Below are positions 47,985-56,488 of a stretch of DNA of 64,000 nt, one piece after another. The translations under genes and the position numbers were made by a program. Position 1 is the stretch's first letter; every line of letters starts with the position of its first letter. The notes below the pieces were generated by a model. It was not told the origin of the DNA. It did no database searches and worked only from the letters and a program-made list of their open reading frames with translations. The stretch is from a virus. Its lineage: Duplodnaviria; Caudoviricetes. The stretch is taken from positions 1-64,000 of IMG/VR virus record IMGVR_UViG_3300028805_000086. One strand, written 5' to 3'.

Positions 47985-48028
47985 GTACACCATTAGGGAC
48001 TCGAACCCTAGACACCCTGATTAAGAGT
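47985..48028 (-). other. attP core: 3' half of tRNA-Lys(CTT)
   Basis: Minus strand ACTCTTAATCAGGGTGTCTAGGGTTCGAGTCCCTAATGGTGTAC gives the anticodon loop (CTT), T-arm and 3' acceptor strand; the 5' half is absent; near int. Confidence 0.85.
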
Positions 48029-48121
48029 TAGGAAAAATGTATAATTATGCATTGATCTATAAAATATTCATATAATATACAAAATGAAAGGAGAAGGGCG
48101 GTTTATATTCCGCGATTTTTT

Positions 48122-48307
48122 ATGAAGAAGGTTTATTATATTCTGTGGTTGATTGCTAGTTTTAAACTCGGTTTAGCTATCGGTGATATGCAAATTGAGG
48201 AACTTAAGAAAAGAATAAGTGAACTTGAGAAACGTAAAGAAGAAAAGAAAGAAATAATTAAACGACTTAAGGAAATGATTGCTAGATATCGAATTGATTG
48301 CGCATAA
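48122..48307 (+). CDS. Small TM + coiled-coil protein
   Basis: Hydrophobic N-terminus, charged C-terminus. Confidence 0.55.
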   Translation: MKKVYYILWLIASFKLGLAIGDMQIEELKKRISELEKRKEEKKEIIKRLKEMIARYRIDCA

Positions 48308-48415
48308 AAATAGGTATTGAAAAAGATTGCCCACAAAACGTGGGCTTTCTTTTTTCGCATCCAAAACACGGCTAATAATGGGAAACCAATAAATAATTTA
48401 AGGAGGAATCTAAAA

Positions 48416-48616
48416 ATGGATACTCAGAAAGCTAAGAGAATTGTGGCAGGTTGTCTTATGGTGACCAACGTGGCACTGGCGGTTATTAATATTGCTAGCG
48501 TCAGATTGGCATTGAAAGAAAGCGAAGAAAAGCAGATCGAAGCTGACACTAAGTTTAATGAGTTTTTGGGATTTTTGGAAAATAAATTCGATACAAGGTT
48601 TCCCAAACAGGAATAA
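48416..48616 (+). CDS. Small membrane protein
   Basis: aggagg RBS; one TM. Confidence 0.7.
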   Translation: MDTQKAKRIVAGCLMVTNVALAVINIASVRLALKESEEKQIEADTKFNEFLGFLENKFDTRFPKQE

Positions 48617-48701
48617 AAGATTGCCCGCAAAACGCGGGCTTTCTTTTTTCGCACTTTAAACATTGCGATATATGGAATGATATTTTAAAGGAGGTTTTAA
48701 T

Positions 48702-49076
48702 ATGGCTAAAACTAAAATGTTGGGTTCATTCATTATTTGTGGTGTATACGTGGCTGCAATATGTTGGTATATGCACTATTTAAAAAAAGTAATGAATCCG
48801 GTAAAAACTTTGGCTGAACCAATCGAAAGAAAGGAGCAAAAGAAAAAAATATCGGCCCAAAATAAAGAAAGAGCTAGAATAAAAGAGGCAAAAAGAAGGC
48901 TGTTGGAATGCGAAAAAGCTTTAAATAGGCTTAAACATAATGCTGAGATCGAAGGAAAAGGAAAAACAGTATTAGAATTTATTAATTTTGTTGAAGAGAA
49001 TGATGATCTTCGACAGATTGTAAATGAGAATGCTATTATCCTAAAAGATCTTGGTAAGAACAAGAAGGAGTTTTGA
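48702..49076 (+). CDS. TM + coiled-coil protein
   Basis: aggagg RBS. Confidence 0.7.
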   Translation: MAKTKMLGSFIICGVYVAAICWYMHYLKKVMNPVKTLAEPIERKEQKKKISAQNKERARIKEAKRRLLECEKALNRLKHNAEIEGKGKTVLEFINFVEENDDLRQIVNENAIILKDLGKNKKEF

Positions 49077-49177
49077 GTATTCTGCAGTAAGAGCTATGAA
49101 AAACATGGCTCTTTCTTTTTCGCATATGAAACACACTTATTAATGGTAAACCATAAAATAAAAAAGAAGGTATTTTT

Positions 49178-49543
49178 ATGTTTAAAAAGCTTAAGGAATT
49201 AATAAGAAAGGATAAGATTTTGAACGAAAAGATAACAAATATGGTTAATGAAACAAAAGAAGGAACTATGGAACTGTTTAAAAGTACTAAGAAATTAGAA
49301 TATCAGAATGGGATTCTTGCTGAAATTCATCAGGATCTTGATGAAAATTATTATGGAGTAGAGTCTTATGATGCAGAAAAGAATGATGATAAAAAACTTG
49401 AAATGATGAGGAAAGATATAGAGACATTGACTCGTATTCAAGATAAATTATATGAATGCGGAATAAGCAAAAAACCTCCACAATTTAGAAATTTCGAAGA
49501 ATTTGATAAGTTTATGCAGGGTGATGAACCTTTAAGATTGTAA
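49178..49543 (+). CDS. Hypothetical protein
   Basis: Cassette gene. Confidence 0.7.
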   Translation: MFKKLKELIRKDKILNEKITNMVNETKEGTMELFKSTKKLEYQNGILAEIHQDLDENYYGVESYDAEKNDDKKLEMMRKDIETLTRIQDKLYECGISKKPPQFRNFEEFDKFMQGDEPLRL

Positions 49544-49659
49544 TATCTTATTACGAGCTATGGAAACATAGCTCTTTCTTTTTTGTCTAAAAATGACCTC
49601 GCACGATCAACATGTATATTAATGGAAAGGAAGAACCAAAAATAAAGGAGGAATTGATT

Positions 49660-49758
49660 ATGTTTAGGGAAATGGCAAAAATGATTAAGACTGTGTTCTA
49701 CCTGGCAGGAGCTGCGATTATTATTACAGCAGCGATTGCATTGGCAGGCGTTGTCTAA
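49660..49758 (+). CDS. 32-aa hydrophobic peptide
   Basis: aggagg RBS; MFREMAKMIKTVFYLAGAAIIITAAIALAGVV. Confidence 0.65.
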   Translation: MFREMAKMIKTVFYLAGAAIIITAAIALAGVV

Positions 49759-49924
49759 TCAGAAAACACACAAAAACAAATCTACTAAAATTGAATACGG
49801 AAAATTCCAATCCGGAAATAAATCCGGGTAAGGACGAATTAAAAACTCGGATTTATTTTTTTTTTCGCATGATCAACATGTTTATTAATGGAAACTAAAT
49901 ATTATTTAAAGGAGGATACAAATT

Positions 49925-50218
49925 ATGGGTACTATTGGAAAGTATGTCTACAAATATGCAATCGAAATTAATGGGGATTTTATGAAAGGGATGGTATATA
50001 CTAATACCAGGGAAGAAGCTTATGAGCGGCTTCCAATTGAGATGCAGATAGGTTTGGAAAAGCTTAATAAAGCTTATCCTTGGGATAAGCATTATATCAT
50101 TACAGAAAAACGGAATCTATTAGGAATTGACGGTCTTGTAGATACTTATCCGGCGTGTGCTGATTATTATTACCCTTGGATAAGTTATAAGGTTAGAAAA
50201 GTAAGGGTACCCGTGTAA
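49925..50218 (+). CDS. Hypothetical protein
   Basis: aggagg RBS. Confidence 0.7.
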   Translation: MGTIGKYVYKYAIEINGDFMKGMVYTNTREEAYERLPIEMQIGLEKLNKAYPWDKHYIITEKRNLLGIDGLVDTYPACADYYYPWISYKVRKVRVPV

Positions 50219-50268
50219 ACAACACGGGTTCTTTTTTTTCGCACATCAAACATGTTGCTAAATAGGAG

Positions 50269-50595
50269 GTGATAAATGTGTGCATCGAAAATAAAATTGA
50301 TCCGCACCATGGAATTCCATATTCTAGGTATATCATTAGCTGGTTGAAAGTCGTGGTTTATGGCGATGTAAATGAACGACTTGAAAACGTAGGGGCTTTT
50401 ATCCATTATGGTAAAGACAAAAGTAAAAAATGGTTAGATTATGATCGCATTTTTTACGGAAATGGTAAATTTACTGAGTGGCTTAAGTCTTTAGGATTCA
50501 ATGACGATGAGTGTCGTGAGATTCGCGAATTGGCCACTAGTGGTAAACTGGAGTTGGAAGATTCAGTACGGAATTTTTTAAAAGAGAACACATAA
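50269..50595 (+). CDS. Hypothetical protein
   Basis: YSRYIISW...FTEWLKSLG...SGKLELE; RBS aggaggt. Confidence 0.7.
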   Translation: MINVCIENKIDPHHGIPYSRYIISWLKVVVYGDVNERLENVGAFIHYGKDKSKKWLDYDRIFYGNGKFTEWLKSLGFNDDECREIRELATSGKLELEDSVRNFLKENT

Positions 50596-50724
50596 ACCGT
50601 ATAATATAGACTATCGTCAAAGGACATAGTCTATATTTTTTCAAAATGGAAGTAAAAACCATCTCGCGTGATCAACATGCTTATTAATGGAAACTATACT
50701 ACTATTTTAAGGGAGGCAAATCTT

Positions 50725-50880
50725 ATGGAAATGTATGGACTTATGTTAATCTTGGGTTTGGTAACCGGTTTATATCTAGGAAAAATCGGTGAGAACCGAC
50801 GGTTAAGAAAGAACCAGCATAATCCTGTAGGAAACCAAAATTGGAAAGGAGGTAGTAACCAGAAGAAGAGGGCTGCATAA
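50725..50880 (+). CDS. Small membrane protein (paralog of next ORF)
   Basis: TM GLVTGLYLGK; basic tail ending QKKRAA. Confidence 0.65.
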   Translation: MEMYGLMLILGLVTGLYLGKIGENRRLRKNQHNPVGNQNWKGGSNQKKRAA

Positions 50881-50990
50881 GTGAATATTATGGAGAGACT
50901 GCAAAACGCAGCCTCTCTTCTTTTTTTCGCACTTCGAACATGCCTTTAAATAGGGAAGGTTCCCTAATATATATTTTAAGGAGGTTCATT

Positions 50991-51197
50991 ATGAACTGGG
51001 TACATGTGGTAATGCTGGCAGTAGGTTTATTTATGGGACTGTATTTTAGTAAAACATTACAGTTCCGAAGGATGGAGAAAGAAAAAGAAGCCATACGTTA
51101 TCACTATCAGAAAAAGTTTAATGAACGACATGATAATAAGAATGGAAAGGTGGTGAACTTCCCGAACACAAATAAGCAGCAAAAGGCTGCAAGATAA
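50991..51197 (+). CDS. Small membrane protein
   Basis: TM GLFMGLYFSK; tail QQKAAR. Confidence 0.65.
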   Translation: MNWVHVVMLAVGLFMGLYFSKTLQFRRMEKEKEAIRYHYQKKFNERHDNKNGKVVNFPNTNKQQKAAR

Positions 51198-51300
51198 TTT
51201 ATTAAAGAGGTCGCAAAACGCGGCCTCATTTTTTTTTTTCGCATACGGAACACGCTGCATAATGGGAGTAATCCTAATATATTTTAAGGAGGAATCTGAA

Positions 51301-51597
51301 ATGTGGATTCTGTATGTAGCAATTTACTTAATTGGCTGTTATGTGGCAATGCGTCTATGCACTAAACAAGAGGTAGAAAATTGTAAACGACTAGAAAAAT
51401 ATGGAAACGAAGCAATTAGAATGTATTACGAAAATAAGCATTACATCGCTTCTCCGGAAAGTACAAAATTACTCGTTGGCAGTGCAATAGCAATAATCAT
51501 TGTTATAATTATGTTATGGCCAATAGTATTCAGTATTACGGCAGTGTGGAATTATATTGATTTTAGAATAACTGAGAAAAAGTTTAAAAAGGATTAA
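51301..51597 (+). CDS. Two-TM membrane protein
   Basis: aggagg RBS; LWP motif like the FWP of the 43927 ORF. Confidence 0.7.
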   Translation: MWILYVAIYLIGCYVAMRLCTKQEVENCKRLEKYGNEAIRMYYENKHYIASPESTKLLVGSAIAIIIVIIMLWPIVFSITAVWNYIDFRITEKKFKKD

Positions 51598-51699
51598 CTT
51601 CTATAAAAGAGGGTCTAACATAGACTCTCTTTTTTCGCATCATTAACACGGCCTTTAATGGGAATACTATTAACCCTAAAAATAAAGGAGGAAGTAAAA

Positions 51700-51972
51700 A
51701 TGAAAAAGGGTTTTATTATCGGAGTAGTATGCACTATGTTGGTAGTTATTGGAGTAATGTTTTACTGTAATTGGTATAATTCAGTTGAACATCTAGGAAT
51801 TAAAATAGATTATGATGATCCATGGATGTTTAATGGAAGTATACATTATTACACTGAATGGATTGACGAACAAGGGAGTAAACATGGGCAATGGATATCC
51901 GAGGATAAAGCATTGTTCATGGTAGAGCAACGAAAAAAAGGGCAAATAGTATATCCTGGAAAATGGAACTAA
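51700..51972 (+). CDS. Membrane-anchored protein
   Basis: aggagg RBS; N-terminal TM. Confidence 0.7.
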   Translation: MKKGFIIGVVCTMLVVIGVMFYCNWYNSVEHLGIKIDYDDPWMFNGSIHYYTEWIDEQGSKHGQWISEDKALFMVEQRKKGQIVYPGKWN

Positions 51973-52093
51973 AAGACCGAGCCGCAAAATTAACAGCGGC
52001 TCTTTCTTTTTTCGCACAAAAAACACAGATGTATATGGGAGGCAATATAAACGTTGCCTCTTAATTTTTTAATAATAAAAAGGAGGAAACAAA

Positions 52094-52462
52094 ATGGACA
52101 GCATGTTTGCGTTTGTTCTTGGAGAAATGAATCGGCACAAAGAGCTGATGGTGTTCGATTGGGACAAAGCAGCAGAGATCATTAAGGAAAGAAAAGCTAC
52201 CAGTGCTATTGCTGGGTTACAGAATGATCTCGAATGGACGGGAGGACATATTTTGGACGGAGGGAAACCAATTGCTGATTCATATACGTATTTATCATCG
52301 ACTTGGGCTATGCCTGTTTTAATTCTTGATGATGAATATGAAGATGAAATACCATGTTTCAAAATGGAGCATGAAACAGCATATACTTGCGATACTAAAT
52401 GGCCTAATTCAGCATTAAACATTTTAGGATTAACGAAGGAGGATTTTGTATGCAAGGAATAA
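52094..52462 (+). CDS. Hypothetical protein
   Basis: VFDWDKAAEIIKE...AGLQNDLEWTGG; aggagg RBS. Confidence 0.75.
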   Translation: MDSMFAFVLGEMNRHKELMVFDWDKAAEIIKERKATSAIAGLQNDLEWTGGHILDGGKPIADSYTYLSSTWAMPVLILDDEYEDEIPCFKMEHETAYTCDTKWPNSALNILGLTKEDFVCKE

Positions 52463-52830
52463 GACCATGCCCCTATTGTGGAGGAGAAGTCGAGGTTGTC
52501 AAATTAGTAAAAAGAAAGGAAGAGAAGAAACCACCGTATCGAATTCAGTGTCTTAAATGTAAAGCGCTTGTCGCTCGAGGCATTGGGTTTCCAAATGAAT
52601 CAGTTGCTGAGGCAAAAGAAAGAATCCAGCAGTATGACGAGGTAATTGCTAAGAAAATGGGGCCACTTGGGAGTCGAGATACAATCTTAACTGCTGCAGC
52701 AAAGCGTCGTGATATCATAAAAGCAAAGGCTATTTTGGTTGATAAGAATGATGCGGTTTTTGACATTCATGATGCAACAGGATCCTTTGGCCACACTGTT
52801 CGAGGTGGAACTGGCAAGTTCGAACATTAA
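52450..52830 (+). CDS. Zn-ribbon protein (Lar-like N-terminus)
   Basis: IRPCPYCGG...IQCLKC. Confidence 0.65.
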   Translation: MQGIRPCPYCGGEVEVVKLVKRKEEKKPPYRIQCLKCKALVARGIGFPNESVAEAKERIQQYDEVIAKKMGPLGSRDTILTAAAKRRDIIKAKAILVDKNDAVFDIHDATGSFGHTVRGGTGKFEH

Positions 52831-52849
52831 ATTCAAAATGGAGGTAAAA

Positions 52850-53227
52850 ATGAACTATCAAAAGCAAATATTTGATAATTTAATACATCAACTTAAAAAA
52901 TATGTCGACGATGAGACTTATGTTGATGTAGGAATTGGCGCAGAATATTTGTATCGCGTTTCCAGAGAACGGTTATTAAAGGCTGTTAAAGTATTGCAGA
53001 ATGAAGGTTATTATGTCACTTCAATAAGAAGTAAAGTAAAGCATATGGGTAATATTAAGCTTTTATCTAAAAATCCAATAACAGCTGAGGAAAAAATCGT
53101 TCATGTTTTGGAATGGAATAATAATAGAGTTAACATTCGACTTGAAGCTGAATATACAAAAAGGGTTAATCGGAATTATCGAGATTGCATGAGACTTTTA
53201 AAAAATCGATTAAATGAAAAGGAGTAA
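52850..53227 (+). CDS. Hypothetical protein with winged-helix-like segment
   Basis: VDVGIGAEYLYRVSRERLLKAVKVLQNEGY. Confidence 0.65.
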   Translation: MNYQKQIFDNLIHQLKKYVDDETYVDVGIGAEYLYRVSRERLLKAVKVLQNEGYYVTSIRSKVKHMGNIKLLSKNPITAEEKIVHVLEWNNNRVNIRLEAEYTKRVNRNYRDCMRLLKNRLNEKE

Positions 53228-53233
53228 TGAATT

Positions 53234-53836
53234 ATGGAAAGTTTGAAGAAAGTTCTTAATGAGGATGCTATTCGTGGTATTTTGGCTCGTACTTATGGTG
53301 TTACTGTTGCTGACGTTGATTTGCACATGGGTACGGACGAGGAAGGAAGCAGCATGATTGAGGCCATTATTTATCAGACTCATGAGCAGCTTGAGAATAA
53401 TATAGCTGAAACTATCGCGTGCAATATGTATCATCCGAATAACGAAAAGGCGATTGAGGAAACTCGAGAAGAACTTCGGAATATGCTTCAGAAAATTTCT
53501 AGGTTGTATAATAAAGAGGAAATGGGAGAATTCCTTACGAAATACTATGACGAGGAAGGATATCCTAAGACACAAAAAGCTCATAATATTGTTACAGGCG
53601 ATGCGGTAAAACTGGCACGTGATGTTATGAGAAGAGGTGGAACTAAAGAGGAAGTTAATCTGGCTCTTACTTATCTTATGCTATGTATTAATTCGCATAA
53701 GCATAAACTCAGCGTGTATAAGTTCCGCCAGGAAAATGATATTCAGAATCTTAGGAAAAAGTATCAGCCTAATCGGTTTAAGAAGCATATCATTAAAGCG
53801 GTTGATGATCAGATGACTGATGATCCAACAGAATGA
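53234..53836 (+). CDS. Hypothetical protein
   Basis: aaggag RBS; GGTKEEV...INSHKHKL...ENDIQNLRKKYQ. Confidence 0.7.
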   Translation: MESLKKVLNEDAIRGILARTYGVTVADVDLHMGTDEEGSSMIEAIIYQTHEQLENNIAETIACNMYHPNNEKAIEETREELRNMLQKISRLYNKEEMGEFLTKYYDEEGYPKTQKAHNIVTGDAVKLARDVMRRGGTKEEVNLALTYLMLCINSHKHKLSVYKFRQENDIQNLRKKYQPNRFKKHIIKAVDDQMTDDPTE

Positions 53837-53920
53837 TCGCACAAGAAACATGGATTTAAATAGGAAGAGATGACAAAACGTCGTCTCTTCTATTTTTTCA
53901 AAATGAAAGGAGAAAGGATT

Positions 53921-54523
53921 ATGTTTGGGAAAATCGGGGTTGCTATTAGTAGTTGCGCATTGGCGGTTGCGTTGACAAATCTGGTTCTCGCTTATAAGGA
54001 AAAGAAAAAGCTTGAGAAACAGATGAATGATCATGAGAAAATGGTAAAGAACATGGTTAAGTCTGCTGATAAGGCAATCGAAGATCTCTCTGAAGATATC
54101 TCCGTTGATATCAAGGACGAAATTGTTGAAAAAGCAATGAAATTGGCCATTGACAAGGAAGTTACGATTACGGCACGGAATGCTGCTACCGAAGCAAAGA
54201 ATGATATTCGTGCCGACATCTCCAGTATTATTCGTAAAGAAGTTCAATCGCAAAAAGATCGCATCGTCAATGATGTTGATCAAAAACTGGTAGATGAAAT
54301 TAGTAAGATTTCAAAGAATGACATCATTGATGATATTCAAAGGAAAGTATCTGGCGAAATCATTGATAAAATTGATAAGAATCTCTCAAATATGAGGGAA
54401 ACCTGTGAGAAGAAGCTTAAGGATAATGTTGATTCCCTCACAAGAGATGCTCGTAATCGTATGGACATTTGGCTCGATAATTATAAGAGCGATTATATTA
54501 CCTGGCGTTATCGGCGCATATGA
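53921..54523 (+). CDS. TM + long coiled-coil protein
   Basis: N-terminal TM; heptad-rich body. Confidence 0.75.
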   Translation: MFGKIGVAISSCALAVALTNLVLAYKEKKKLEKQMNDHEKMVKNMVKSADKAIEDLSEDISVDIKDEIVEKAMKLAIDKEVTITARNAATEAKNDIRADISSIIRKEVQSQKDRIVNDVDQKLVDEISKISKNDIIDDIQRKVSGEIIDKIDKNLSNMRETCEKKLKDNVDSLTRDARNRMDIWLDNYKSDYITWRYRRI

Positions 54524-54605
54524 GTATTCAGGGGCTGTGAAATTAAGTAGCAGCCCCTTTTAAAATAGATATTTTAGAGAAAGGAGCATGTATTTAAACT
54601 AAAAA

Positions 54606-55070
54606 TTGAGTATTTCAAGAATGGAGGGATGCAAACCCAAGAGCATCAGAGGAAGACAACTTAATAAGACGACAACCATTTACAACAAAGGATATGAAGT
54701 AGAAATTGATATTGTACCAGATATTGGTACACCGGCGGTTGATGACGTATTCGATAAAGTCAATCGCAAGTTAGCACTCGGCAGGAGTGTTAGTCTTTCA
54801 GATATTCAGGATATGCTAGGAGTTAAAGGAAGTCGTAAAAGCGATGGATACTGCCTGGATCCTAATATTATGAGAGATTCAGAGATGGATTACGATTGGC
54901 AGTATTTGATTGACTATGATCCCTATTTAGGAAAAACAGTGTACGGACGTAAAGTCATTATATGGGGGTTGGTTAATCAGAAACGTAAAATGCCAAGCGA
55001 TGTTCATAGAAATAAGAGAAGAACTTATGAATCGGATGATAATTTCCGATTTGATGAAACCGCCTTATAA
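54606..55070 (+). CDS. Hypothetical protein (start uncertain)
   Basis: 154-aa ORF; the upstream RBS/ATG is in another frame. Confidence 0.55.
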   Translation: MSISRMEGCKPKSIRGRQLNKTTTIYNKGYEVEIDIVPDIGTPAVDDVFDKVNRKLALGRSVSLSDIQDMLGVKGSRKSDGYCLDPNIMRDSEMDYDWQYLIDYDPYLGKTVYGRKVIIWGLVNQKRKMPSDVHRNKRRTYESDDNFRFDETAL

Positions 55071-55086
55071 AGAAAGGAGAATCAAA

Positions 55087-55362
55087 ATGGAAGGCGTTTA
55101 TTATAAATGCCCTAATTGTGGGAGCTATGTTTCGGACAATTCTGAAAAAGATATTTTGAAATGCGAACATTGTGGAACGACTATTACAAAACCATATACG
55201 TGGTATGATAAAAGCCTTCAATTTCTTTATAGGCGAGCAAAAGCTAAAGAAAAATTGGAGCAGGAAAAAATAGCCCGCGAAGCAAAAGCCGCAAAGATTT
55301 CTGCATGGGGGCTTTGCATCACGTTAGTCTGCGCGATTATTATGGTATTAATATTTGCATAA
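55087..55362 (+). CDS. Zn-ribbon protein with C-terminal TM
   Basis: CPNCG...CEHCG; hydrophobic C-terminus. Confidence 0.75.
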   Translation: MEGVYYKCPNCGSYVSDNSEKDILKCEHCGTTITKPYTWYDKSLQFLYRRAKAKEKLEQEKIAREAKAAKISAWGLCITLVCAIIMVLIFA

Positions 55363-55438
55363 TGTCGCACGAGAAACACGTGTATAAATAGGAGATAACG
55401 AAACGTTGTCTCTTTAATTTTTTACAAATTGGAGGAGA

Positions 55439-55960
55439 ATGAAAACTATGGCTAAGACTAAACGAATGAAGGAATTCAAGGAACGGCTTAAGAGGAATGG
55501 AGAATTCTTTGTAGGCCAAATCGAGAAATCCAAGATGGACCAGTGCGACGAATTTATTGATAAACTGGCCAACATTCTTGGTGACAACTATGAGATGGTT
55601 GCCTCATGCAATAAAGACCTTAGCCGGTATCTCGTTCCTAAAGGAACAAAAGATCAGATTACTTATTATGGAAAACCTGAAATGAGTTTCCGAGTAAGTG
55701 ATCATTGGAACTGGTATTCCAGTACAGAAAAGTGTACGAATGAGCGCTATGTTCAGTGCTTCAGCATGGACCTCCCCAATCCTCGTCCAAGACCGGCTCC
55801 TGGTGTAGGCACCAATGCAATCAGTGCGTATCAGGTCGCTATCCAAGTGGACGGACGATACCATCATGTATTCGGCGACAAATATAATCGTCGAATTCGT
55901 AGATGGGAATGGGAAGAAAATGATCCGGAGAAAATTCTCCAGCAGTATAATTTGATTTAA
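55439..55960 (+). CDS. Hypothetical protein
   Basis: SRYLV...SFRVSDHWNW; ggagg RBS. Confidence 0.75.
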   Translation: MKTMAKTKRMKEFKERLKRNGEFFVGQIEKSKMDQCDEFIDKLANILGDNYEMVASCNKDLSRYLVPKGTKDQITYYGKPEMSFRVSDHWNWYSSTEKCTNERYVQCFSMDLPNPRPRPAPGVGTNAISAYQVAIQVDGRYHHVFGDKYNRRIRRWEWEENDPEKILQQYNLI

Positions 55961-55967
55961 CAAATTC

Positions 55968-56462
55968 GATGGCAGCTAATGTGATTTACTACTTTTATAA
56001 AAGATTGATAAAGACAATCGCATAATTACGCCATCCCGTAAAGCACTGGATTCTAATCTTAAAAGCTAAATTGGCTTACTTCACATAATACTTTAAATAT
56101 TAAATAGTCAATTAATTTCTTTACAGATTAGAAACCAGTCATGAGGAAGCTATTCAAACTTACTACTACTTTTAAAAAGATGCTTAAAAATAGTTTGAAA
56201 ATCTCTCCTCAAATCACCTCCTTTATTCCTAGCTAGTGTTGCTTACTTCATTGGCGGATATGAAGCAGCACAATATCAGGAGGTGCACTATTCTGGAAGG
56301 ATCTTGGCAGCTAACATAATTTACTTCATAATTATAGATTTTTTATTATTCAATTATGTGCTTTCGCCAAGGTCCTTTCATTTCCTTTCTTTTTTGTAAG
56401 CTAACAGGGCTTACTTCACATAAATAAATTAATTTAATTCAGTCCTGTAATTTTATGCAAAA
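55968..56462 (+). ncRNA. Tandem array of six structurally identical RNA stem-loops
   Basis: Each unit: P1 stem, AGCTA, 8-bp P2, loop beginning TACT(T/A)C, P2', ~6-nt linker, P1'. AGCTA at 55974, 56064, 56148, 56231, 56309, 56399. Confidence 0.85.
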
Positions 56463-56488
56463 ATGATATTTGAAAGGAGCAAATCAAA

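Noticed and set aside
47985-48028. Functional tRNA-Lys gene
   Set aside because: The 5' half (5' acceptor strand and D-arm) is missing; it is better explained as the attP core.
41265-52060. Classical integron with the tyrosine recombinase as IntI
   Set aside because: The recombinase looks like an ordinary phage integrase with a tRNA attP. The hairpins lack attC RYYYAAC/GTTRRRY ends, and each cassette has its own promoter-like motif.
55968-56462. CRISPR array
   Set aside because: There are no identical direct repeats; conservation is limited to two short motifs plus secondary structure, and no cas genes are present.
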